Assembly: GCA_964016885.1 (NCBI GenBank)
Contig: OZ024744.1
Span: 115,072,001 to 115,136,000 of the forward strand
Direction: 5' to 3'
DNA: 64,000 bases
Origin: Eledone cirrhosa
Taxonomy: Eukaryota
In this document: piece after piece, positions 26,895-39,000 of the stretch
How positions within the stretch are numbered: the stretch's first letter is position 1
Layout: every line of letters begins with the position of its first letter
The notes under the pieces: model-generated
What the model was told of the DNA's origin: nothing
Database searches by the model: none
What the model saw: only the letters and a program-made list of their open reading frames with translations
Made by a program: the position numbers and the translations under genes

Positions 26895-27694
26895 AGAGCA
26901 GGAGAGTTAAGGCTAAATAGATTTCAGATGCTTAATTTGCTGACGACATAGTTTTGGTGACAAACACAGTGAAGGAGGCAGAGGAGTTGAAGTAGGAGGT
27001 GGAGACTGTGTCGATGAGTGTGGGGCTGAGAATGAATGAGAGTAAGACAAAGTATGTGGTAGAGAATATTAAGAAGCCAGAGAAGATTATGAATGTAAGC
27101 GGGAGGCTGCTAGAATTGGTTGAGGACTTCCTGTATCTGGGAGCAAAGATTGGGAATACAGAGGATGATGTGGTCAAGAGGAAGAGCAAAGCCTGGGTGG
27201 CGTGCCACAGCTTGAGATCGGTGTGGAAGTCGGACCTTCGTAAAGACCTGAAAATCTGCCTCTTCATTGCTGTAGTGGAGTGTGTGCTGCTGTACGGGTC
27301 TGAGACTTGGACACTGACCAAGAGACTCACTCAGATGGTGGATGGGTGCTACACGAGAATGCTGAGGATGGCTCTGAACATTAATCAGTATACACTGAGG
27401 ATGAAAAACCCAGAGCTGTATGGGAGCCTCCCAAAAGTCAGCTCAAATGTGACACAGAGGAGACTGAGGTTAGTTGGACATGCTCACCAACATCCAGAGT
27501 TGACATTGCACTCAGTGCTCCCGTGGGAGCCCCTACATGGACACACTGGAAGAGGAAGACTGAAGTTAACATATATTGATGCCCTAAGGACAGACACTGG
27601 TCTGTTAGAGATGCAGGACATGGCAGCGATAATGAGGGACAGAGACCGCTGGAGAGAACTCGTCCATGGATCTCGGGAATTTTACCATCCCTAG
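26895..27694 (+). mobile_element. RTE-clade LINE, 3' part of ORF2, flanked by (TA)n on both sides
   Basis: FADDIVL at about 26937 (RT catalytic motif), FLYLG, LLYGSETW, RRLRLVGH, GRGRLK..., DRDRW; TA tracts at 26847-26890 and 27693-27742. Confidence 0.9.
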
Positions 27695-27702
27695 ATATAT
27701 AG

Positions 27703-27746
<44 letters not shown>

Positions 27747-27978
27747 GCTTTCAGATAAATAGAAAAAGATGAGTATTGACGTACATGGGAGTCGAATGTG
27801 TTGGTGTAATGGTAGCACAGTGGTCGCGATAACCAAAGATGTGGGTTCGTCAATACCCATTTATATGAGGGTTCTAAACCCCATTATCAGGCTAAAAAAT
27901 TCCTTTAGTCAAAAATACGGTGAAAGCTATTCTATTTTCTAATTTCAAACCTGCTCACTGTTTCAACACATACTTACT

Positions 27979-28038
<60 letters not shown>

Positions 28039-28297
28039 CAAATAATGAATCAAAACATATCAAATATGTTAGAATAATGTGTTTCTCAATAAATAAGCTC
28101 AATAGACTTTATCTAGAGCCATAATAATCAATGGATTTCACCAAATTCTGTGGATGAATCTATATCCTGATTCTTTTTGAATTGAGTTTGAATTATTTTC
28201 CCACATCTTACGTTAACTATTTCTCCATTTTGACGCTATAGTCACTTATATATTATGGAATACTGTTGGCTTCTTGCTACAATAATTTCTATACTTT

Positions 28298-28349
<52 letters not shown>

Positions 28350-28517
28350 AAGAACCATATATCACACAAGAAACACAGTATATTGTATATATCCCAAATA
28401 CATATTCTATAGACTAATATCTACACAGGTGGAATCAAATGTGTGCAGTGAGTGTAGTGTGTGCGATATGTGGCTCTTTCTCTCTCTGTATATACATATA
28501 TCCCTTCATTTGGTTAT

Positions 28518-29553
28518 ATTTATCAAAAGTATATATTGAGTTTAAAAACTCACATTAGCCCCTTATAATCAAAGTAGTTCAAGGAAAAACATTTCCAAGC
28601 TTAATAATACAAGAGAGACAAACACAGATATATACATCTATATGTGTTCAAATAACAAGGGACATAAACCACCAGGGTGTAGAAAATAGTGACTAAAGAT
28701 AATACAGTTCACAAGACTCAATTAAAAGGATAAATTAAGATTTACAAACTGATTACGATAACTATCAACATCCAGACAGCTTTGGGTAGAAGTGTTTTGT
28801 AATTCAGTGGAGAGAGTTAAAGATCCAATGAGAGTTAAAGATCCATTGGATGTTCGGATCAGTAATCACTTGAACTACTTTGATTATAAGGGACTTATTT
28901 GAGTTTTTAACTTAATATATACTTTTGATAAATTGAGCTCCTATGCTTTTGGTGAGCTTTTAATATGTTGAATGGACATGGCTGCTATTTTTTAATAGCT
29001 TACATCCTATTCGACCCGCTAGGCACATGATACCATGTGTGAGTTCTCTCTCTTAACAAACTTGCATTATTTAGTCTTCTAAGGGCGGTGAATTGGCAGT
29101 ATCGGTAGAGGGTCGGACGCCATGCTTTGACGCATAGAGTTACGGCCCTTGCCATTCTGAGTTCAAATCCCGCCGAGGTTAACTTTGCCTTTCATCCTTA
29201 CGGGGTCGATAAAATAAAGTACCAGTAATGTACTGGGTAATTGCTGGCCTTGTGCCAATAGTAGAAACAATTATTTAGTCTTCTAAGGACATTAGTAGTG
29301 GAGAGATTACTGATCCAAACATCCACGGAAGAGCATTGGATCTTTAACTCTCTCCACTGAATTAGAAAACACTTCTATCCAAAGCTGTCTGGATGTTGAT
29401 AGTTATCATAATCAGTTTGTAAATCTTAATTTATCCTTTTAATTGAGTCTTGTGAACTGTATTATCTTTAGTCACTATTTTCTACACCCTGGTGGTTTAC
29501 GTCCCTTGTCATTTGAACACATATAGATGTATATATCTGTGTTTGTCTCTCTT
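28518..29553. repeat. Nested double inverted repeat A-B-A'-(SINE)-B'
   Basis: A (28518-28583) is the reverse complement of A' (28869-28933). B (28611-28867) is the reverse complement of B' (29305-29553), with few mismatches over about 250 bp. Confidence 0.92.
29083..29269 (+). mobile_element. Full-length tRNA-derived SINE with target-site duplication
   Basis: A box tggcagtatcgg and B box gagttcaaatcc; body aactttgcctttcatccttacggggtcgataaaataaagtaccagt. Direct repeat attatttagtcttctaagg at 29066-29084 and 29270-29288. Confidence 0.9.
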
Positions 29554-29556
29554 TAT

Positions 29557-29558
<2 letters not shown>

Positions 29559-29615
<57 letters not shown>
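29559..29615. repeat. (TA)n microsatellite just upstream of the exon F acceptor
   Basis: About 28 TA units ending about 18 nt before exon F. Confidence 0.95.
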
Positions 29616-29617
<2 letters not shown>

Positions 29618-29633
29618 AATAATTATTTTAAAG

Positions 29634-29767
29634 CAAATTCAAATAAAAGTGAAGAAGATGAAGCTAAAAAACTGAATTTAGAACTTGGGGAAAAGAAGCA
29701 AGAACTTGAAGAATTTGCAACTAAATTCAAGATTTCTAATCAGCGACTGGAAGAAGCTAATTGTCAG
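29634..29767 (+). CDS. LEKR1: LEKR1-like exon F
   Basis: attttaaAG|29634 ... cag|GTaagt. Encodes (A)NSNKSEEDEAKKLNLELGEKKQELEEF...RLEEANCQ; phase 1 in, phase 0 out. Confidence 0.85.
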
Positions 29768-30065
29768 GTAAGTAACACTATATAATAATTGTTGTTGTTT
29801 AGTACAAGATCGACCATGACTAGGACATGCTATAGACATAAATTGTCACTCAGTTGTCACTCAATTGTCACTCAGCCTGGCTGTCATTAGTGTGTTGTTA
29901 TCTGGCCTCCTACAAGGTTGCATCTCATAGGAGGTTTCTTGTGAGTTTTAATGATAGAGACTCCTGACCTATCATTTTGTTACATCTCACATCTATGTAG
30001 GGTTAGCTGGTCTCCTACAAGGTTGTATTTCATAGGAGGTTTCTTGGGTCTTTTAATTATAGAAA

Positions 30066-32842
30066 TTCACTTCACAACATAGGTGTAGGTATGGCTGTGT
30101 TAAGGTGTTCACTTCACAACATAGGTGTAGGTATGGCTGTGTCGTTAAGGAGTTCACTTCACAACATAGGTGTAGACATGGCTGTGTTGTTAAGGTGTTT
30201 ACTTCACAACATAGGTGTAGGTATAGCTGTGTTAAGGTGTTCACTTCACAACATAGGTGTAGGTATGGCAGTGTTGTTAAAGGTGTTCACTTCACAACAT
30301 AGGGGTAACTATGGCTGTGTTGTTAAGGTGTTCACTCCACAACATAGGTGTAGGTATAGCTGTGTTGTTAAGTGTACACTTCACAACATGGGTGTAGGTA
30401 TGGCTGTGTTGTTAAGGTGTTTACTTCACAACATAGGTGTAGACATGGCTGTGTTGTTAAGGTGTTCACTCCACAACATAGGTGTAGGTATGGCTGTGTT
30501 GTTAAGGTGTTCACTTCACAACATAGGTGTAGGTATGGCTGTGTTGTTAAGGTGTTCACTTCACAACATAGGTGTAGGTATGTCTGTGTTGTTAAGGTGT
30601 TCACTTCACAACATAGGTGTAGGTATGGCTGTGTTGTTAAAGTGTCACTTCACAACATAGGTGTAGGTATGGCTGTGTTGTTAAGGTGTTCACTTCACAA
30701 CATAGGTGTAGACATGGCTGTGTTGTTAAGGTGTTCACTCCACAACAGGTGTAGGTATGGCTGTGTTGTTAAGGTGTTCACTTCACAACATATTTGTAGG
30801 TATGGCTGTGTTGTTAAGGTGTCACTTCACAACATAGGTGTAGGTATGGCTGTGTTGTTAAGGTGTTCACTTCACAACATAGGTTTAGGTATGGCTGTGT
30901 TGTTAAAGTGTCACTTCACAACATAGGTGTAGGTATGGCTGTGTTGTTAAGGTGTTCACTTCACAACATAGGTGTAGGTATGGCTGTGTTAAGGTGTTTA
31001 CTTCACAACATAGGTGTAGACATGGCTGTGTTGTTAAGGTGTTTACTTCACAACATAGGTGTAGACATGGCTGTGTTGTTAAGGTGTTCACTTCACAACA
31101 TAGGTGTAGGTATGTCTGTGTTGTTAAGGTGTTCACTTCACAACATAGGTGTAGGTATGTCTGTGTTGTTAAGGTGTTCACTTCACAACATAGGTGTAAC
31201 TATGGCAGTGTTGTTAAGGTGTTTACTTCACAACATAGGTGTAGACATGGCTGTGTTGTTAAGGTGTTCACTTCACAACATAGGTGTAGGTATGGCTGTG
31301 TTGTTAAGGTGTTCACTTCACAACATAGGTGTAGGTATGTCTGTGTTGTTAAGGTGTTCACTTCACAACATAGGTGTAGGTATGTCTGTGTTGTTAAGGT
31401 GTTCACTTCACAACATAGGTGTAGGTATGGCTGTGTTGTTAAGGAGTTCACTTCACAACATAGGTGTAGACATGGCTGTGTTGTAAAGGTGTTCACTTCA
31501 CAACATATGTGTAGGTATGGCTGTGTTGTTAAGGTGTTCACTTCACAACATAGGTGTAGGTATGGCTGTGTTGTTAAGGTGTTCACTTCACAACATAGGT
31601 GTAGGTATGGCTGTGTTTTTAAGGTGTTCACTTCACAACATAGGTGTAGACATGGCTGTGTTGTTAAGGTGTTCACTTCACAACATAGGTGTAGGTATGG
31701 CTGTGTTGTTAAGGTGTTCACTTCACAACATAGGTGTAGGTATGGCTGTGTTGTTAAGGTGTTCACTTCAGAACATAGGTGTAGGTATGGCTGTGTTGTT
31801 AAGGTGTTCACTTCACAAAATAGGTGTAGGTATGGCTGTGTTGTTAAGGTGTTCACTTTACAACATAGGTGTAGACATGGCTGTGTTGTTAAGGTGTTCA
31901 CTTCACAACATAGGTGTAGACATGTCTGTGTTAAGGTGTTCACTAAACAACATAGGTGTTGATATGGCTGTGTTAAGGTGTTCACTTCACAACATAGGTG
32001 TAGGTATGGCTGTGTTGTTAAGGTGTTCACTTCACAACATAGGTGTAGGTATGGCTGTGTTGTTAAGGTGTTCACTTCACAACATAGGTGTATGTATGGC
32101 TGTGTTGTTAATGTGTTCACTTCACAACATAGGTGTAGGTATGGCTGTGTTGTTAAGGTGTACACTTCACAACATAGGTGTAGGTATGGCTGTGTTGTTA
32201 AGGTGTACACTTCACAACATAGGTGTAGACATGGCTGTGTTGTTAAGGTGTTCACTTCACAACATAGGTGTAGGTATAGCTGTGTTGTTAAGGTGTTCAC
32301 TTCACAACATAGGTGTAGGTATGGCTGTGTTGTTAAGGTGTCACTTCACAACATATGTGTAGGTATGGCTGTGTTGTTAAGGTGTCACTTCACAACATAG
32401 GTGTAGACATGGCTGTGTTGTTAAGGTGTTCACTTCACAACATAGGTGTAAACATGGCGGTGTTGTTAAGGTGTTTACTTCACAACATAGGTGTAGGTAT
32501 GTCTGTGTTGTTAAGGTGTTCACTTCACAACATAGGTGAAACTATGGCTGTGTTGTTAAGGTGTTCACTTCACAACATAGGTGTAGGTATGGCTGTGTTG
32601 TTAAGGTGTTCACTTCACAACATAGGTGTAGGTATGGCTGTGTTGTTAAGGTGTTCACTTCACAACATAGGTGTAGGTATGGCTGTGTTGTTAAGGTGTT
32701 CACTTCACAACATAGGTGTAGGTATGGCTGTGTTGTTAAGGTGTTCACTTCACATCATAGGTGTAGGTATAGCTGTGTTAAGGTGTTCACTTAACAACAT
32801 AGGTGTAGACATGGCTATGTTAAAATGTTCAAGTCACAACAT
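30066..32842. repeat. 45-bp satellite (~62 units) in intron F-G
   Basis: Unit ttcacttcacaacataggtgtaggtatggctgtgttgttaaggtg, with occasional 42/44-bp variants. Confidence 0.97.
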
Positions 32843-32932
32843 TTGTAGAAGCAGAGCTCTATCTGTTGATTATCCATATGTTAAAGACAGCTGAAAACAA
32901 GTATGTTGAATTTATGTTTATCTTCTCTCTAG

Positions 32933-33041
32933 ATTTTGAATTTGCAGAAAACAGTACATGATGAATGTAAAGAAAGGTTTGAACTGACAGAATCTTTGAT
33001 GGCCGCTCGAACAGAACTTCTACATCTAAAGAAACCTCTGG
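32933..33041 (+). CDS. LEKR1: LEKR1-like exon G (conserved motif)
   Basis: tcttctctctAG|32933 ... ctgg|GTatgt. Encodes ILNLQKTVHDECKERFELTESLMAARTELLHLKKPL, matching the recalled vertebrate LEKR1 motif LQETVRRECEERFELTEALSQAREQLLEL. Confidence 0.88.
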
Positions 33042-33077
33042 GTATGTAAAATAGACGAAGAAACACATTAATATCCA

Positions 33078-36000
33078 ATACACAGACAACATACAATTAA
33101 CTATTCCTGTCTCACTACCATGTAACATACACAGACATCATACAGTATACACTTCACACTTCCTCTACATTAATTACCCATGTCTCACTACCATGTAACA
33201 TACACAGACTTCATATAATCTACCCTTCACACTTCCTCTACATTAACTACCCATGTCTCACTACCATGTAACATAGACATCATACAATCTACCCTTCACA
33301 CATCCTCTACATTAACTACCCATGTCTCACTACAATGTAACACAGACATCATACAATCTACCCTTCACACATCCTCTACATTCAATATCTATGTCTCACT
33401 ACCATGTAACACAGACATCATACAATCTACCCTTCACACATCCTCTACATTCAATACCCATGTCTCACTACCATGTAACACAGACATCATACAATCTACC
33501 CTTCACACATCCTCTACATTCAATATCCATGTCTCACTACCATGTAACCTACACAGACATCATACAATCTACCCTTCACACACCCTCTACATTAACTACC
33601 CATGTCTCACTACCATGTAACATAGACATCATACAATCTACCCTTCACACACCCTCTACATTAACTACACATGTCTCACTACCATGTAACACAGACATCA
33701 TACAATCTACCCTTCACACATCCTCTACATTAAATACCCATGTCTCACTTCCATGTAAACTACACAGACAACATACAATCTACCCTTCACACATCCTCTA
33801 CATTAACTACCCATGTCTCACTACCATGTAACACACATAGACATCATACAATCTACCCTCCACACATCCTCTACATTCAATACCCATGTCTCTCTACCAT
33901 GTAACAAACACAGACATCATACAATCTACCCTTCACACATCCTCTACATTAACTACCCATGTCTCACTACCATGTAACACAGACATCATAAAATCTACCC
34001 TTCACACATCCTCTACATTAACTACCCATGTCTCACTACCATGTAACATACACAGACATCATACAATCCAACGCTTCACACAGCCTCTACATTAACTACC
34101 CATGTCTCACTACCATGTAACACAGACATCATACAATCTACCCTTCACACATCCTCTACATTAACTACCCATGTCCCACTACCATGTAACATACACAGAC
34201 ATCATACAATCTACCCTTCACACATCCTCTACATTAACTACCAATGTCTCACTACCATGTAACACAGACATCATATAATCTACCCTACACACATCCTCTA
34301 CATTAACTACCCATGTCTCACTACCATGTAACACAGACATCATACAATCTACCCTTCACACATCCTCTACATTAACTACCCATGTCTCACTACCATGTAA
34401 CATACACAGACATCATACAATCTACCCTTCACACATCCTCTACATTACCTACCCATTACTCACTACCATGTAATATACACAGACATCATACAATCTACCT
34501 TTCACACATCCTCTACATTAACTACCCATGTCTCACTACCATGTAACATACACAGACATCATACAATCTACCTTTCACACATCCTCTACATTAACTACCC
34601 ATGTCCCACTACCATGTAACATACACAGACATCATACAATCTACCCTTCACACATCCTCTACATTAACTACCCATGTCCCACTACCATGTAACATACACA
34701 AACATCATACAATCTACCCTTCACACATCCTCTACATTCAATATCCATGTCTCACTACCAAGTAACACAGACATCATACAATCTACCCTTCACACATTCT
34801 CTACATTAACTACCCATGTCCCACTACCATGTAACATACACAGACATCATACAATCTACCCTTCACACATCCTCTACATTAACTACCCATGTCCCACTAC
34901 CATGTAACATACACAGACATCATACAATCTACCCTTCACACATCCTCTACATTAACTACCCATGTCTCTCTACCATGTAACACAGACATCATACAATCTA
35001 CCCTTCACACATCCTCTACATTAACTACCCATGTCCCACTACCATGTAACATACACAGACATCATACAATCTACCCTTCACACATCCTCTACATTAACTA
35101 CCCATGTCTCACTACCATGTAACATAGACATCATACAATCTACCCTTCACACATCCTCTACATTAACTACCCATGTCTCACTACCATGTAACACAGACAT
35201 CATACAATCTACCCTTCACACATCCTCTACATTAACTACCCATGTCTCACTACCATGTAACATACACAGACATCATACAATCTACCCTTCACACATCCTC
35301 TACATTAACTACCGATGTCTCTCTATCATGTAACATACACAAACATCATACAATCTACCCTTCACACATCATCTACATTCAATACCCATGTTTCCCTACC
35401 ATGTAACATAGACAGACATCATACAATCTACCCTTCACACATCCTCTATATTAACTACCCATGTCTCACTACCATGTAACATAGACATCATACAATCTAC
35501 CCTTCACACATCCTCTATATTAACTACCCATGTCCCACTACCATGTAACATACATAGACATCATACAATCTACCCTTCACACATCCTCTACATTAACTAC
35601 CCATGTCTCACTACCATGTAACATACACAGACATCATACAATCTACCCTTCACACATCCTCTACATTAACTACCCATGTCTCACTACCATGTAACATACA
35701 CAGACATCATACAATCTACCCTTCACACATCCTCTACATTAACTACCCATGTCTCACTACCATGTAACATAGATATCATACAATCTACCCTTCACACATC
35801 CTCTACATTAACTACCCATGTCTCACTACCATGTAACACAGACATCATACAATCTACCCTTCACACATCCTCTACATTAACTACCCATGTCTCACTACCA
35901 TGTAACATACACAGACATCATACAATCCAACCCTTCACACAGCCTCTACATTAACTACCCATGTCTCACTACCATGTAACACAGACATCATACAATCTAC

Positions 36001-39000
36001 CCTTCCCACATCCTCTACATTAACTACCCATGTCCCACTACCATGTAACATACACAGACATCATACAATCTACCCTTCACAAATCCTCTACATTAACTAC
36101 CCATGTCTCACTACTATGTAACACAGACATCATATAATCTACCCTTCACACATCCTCTACATTAACTACCCATGTCTCACTACCATGTAACACAGACATC
36201 ATACAATCTACCCTTCACACATCCTCTACATTAACTACCCATGTCTCACTACCATGTAACATACACAGACATCATACAATCTACCCTTCACACATCCTCT
36301 ACATTACCTACCCATATCTCACTACCATGTAATATACACAGACATCATACAATCTACCTTTCACACATCCTCTACATTAACTACCCATGTCTCACTACCA
36401 TGTAACATACACAGACATCATACAATCTACCTTTCACACATCCTCTACATTAACTACCCATGTCCCTCTACCATGTAACATACACAGACATCATACAATC
36501 TACCCTTCACACATCCTCTACATTACCTACCCATGCCTCTCTACCATGTAACATACACAGACATCATACAATCTACCCTTCACACATCCTCTACATTACC
36601 TACCCATGCTCTCTACCATGTAACATACACAGACATCATACAAGCTACCCTTCACACAGCCTCTACATTAACTACCCATGTCTCACTACCATGTAACATA
36701 GACATCATACAATCTACCCTTCACATATCCTCTACATTAACTACCCATGTCTCACTACCATGTAACATACACAGACATCATACAAGCTACCCTTCACACA
36801 TCCTCTACATTAACTACCCATGTCTCACTACCATGTAACACAGACATCATACAATCTACCTTTCACACATCCTCTACATTAACTACCCATGTCTCTCTAC
36901 CATGTAACACATACATCATACAATCTACCCTTCACACATCCTCTACATTCAATATCCATGTCTCACTACCATGTAACATACACAGACATCATACAATCTA
37001 CCCTTCACACACCCTCTACATTAACTACCCACGTCTCACTACCATGTAACATAGACATCATACAATCTACCCTTCACACACACTCTACATTAACTACACA
37101 TGTCTCACTACCATGTAACATACACAGACATCATACAATCTACCCTTCACACACCCTCTACATTAACTACCCATGTTACACTACCATGTAACACAGACAT
37201 CATACAATCTACCCTTCACACATCCTCTACATTAACTACCCATGTCTCACTACCATGTAACATACACAGACATCATACAATCTACCCTTCACACATCCTC
37301 TACATTAACTACCCATGTCTCTCTATCATGTAACATACACAAACATCATACAATCTACCCTTCACACATCATCTACATTCAATACCCATGTTTCCCTACC
37401 ATGTAACATAGACAGACATCATACAATCTACCCTTCACACATCCTCTATATTAACTACCCATGTCTCACTACCATGTAACATAGACATCATACAATCTAC
37501 CCTTCACACATCCTCTATATTAACTACCCATGTCCCACTACCATGTAACATACATAGACATCATACAATCTACCCTTCACACATCCTCTACATTAACTAC
37601 CCATGTCTCACTACCATGTAACATACACAGACATCATACAATCTACCCTTCACACATCCTCTACATTAACTACCCATGTCTCACTACCATGTAACATACA
37701 CAGACATCATACGATCTACCCTTCACACATCCTCTACATTAACTACCCATGTCTCACTACCATGTAACATAGATATCATACAATCTACCCTTCACACACG
37801 CTCTACATTAACTACCCATGTCTCACTACCATGTAACATACACAGACATCATACAATCTACCCTTCACACATCCTCTACATTAACTACCCATGTCTCACT
37901 ACCATGTAACCTACACAGACATCATACAATCTACCCTTCACACATCCTCTACATTAACTACCCATGTCTCACTACCATGTAACACAGACATCATACAATC
38001 TACCCTTCACACATCCTCTACATTAACTACCCATGTCTCACTACCATGTAACATACACAGACATCATACAATCCAACCCTTCACACAGCCTCTACATTAA
38101 CTACCCATGTCTCACTACCATGTAACACAGACATCATAAAATCTACCCTTCACATATCCTCTACATTAACTACCCATGTCCCACTACCATGTAACATACA
38201 CAGGCATACAATCTACCCTTCACACATCCTCTACATTAACTACCCATGTCTCACTACCATGTAACACAGACATCATACAATCTACCCGTCACACATCCTC
38301 TACATTAACTACCCATGTCACACTACCTTGTAACATACACAGACATCATACAATCTACCCTTCACACATCCTCTACATTAACTACCCATGTCTCACTACA
38401 ATGTATCATACACAGACATCATACAATCTACCCTTCACACATCCTCTACATTACCGACCCATGCCTCTCTACCATGTAACATACACAGACATCATACAAT
38501 CTACCCTTCACACATCCTCTACATTACCTACCCATGCTCTCTACCATGTAACATACACAGACATCATACAAGCTACCCTTCACACAGCCTCTACATTAAC
38601 TACCCATGTCTCACTACCATGTAACATAGACATCATACAAGCTACCCTTCACACAGCCTCTACATTAACTACCCATGTCTCACTACCATGTAACATAGAC
38701 ATCATACAATCTACCCTTCACATATCCTCTACATTAACTACCCATGTCTCACTACCATGTAACATACACAGACATCATACAAGCTACCCTTCACACATCC
38801 TCTACATTAACTACCCATGTCTCACTACCATGTAACACAGACATCATTCAATCTACCTTTCACACATCCTCTACATTAACTACCCATGTCTCTCTACCAT
38901 GTAACACATACATCATACAATCTACCCTTCACACATCCTCTACATTCAATATCCATGTCTCACTACCATGTAACATACACAGACATCATACAATCTACCC

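Noticed and set aside
29083-29175. tRNA gene
   Set aside because: The A/B boxes belong to a multi-copy SINE with a TSD, and no cloverleaf is evident.
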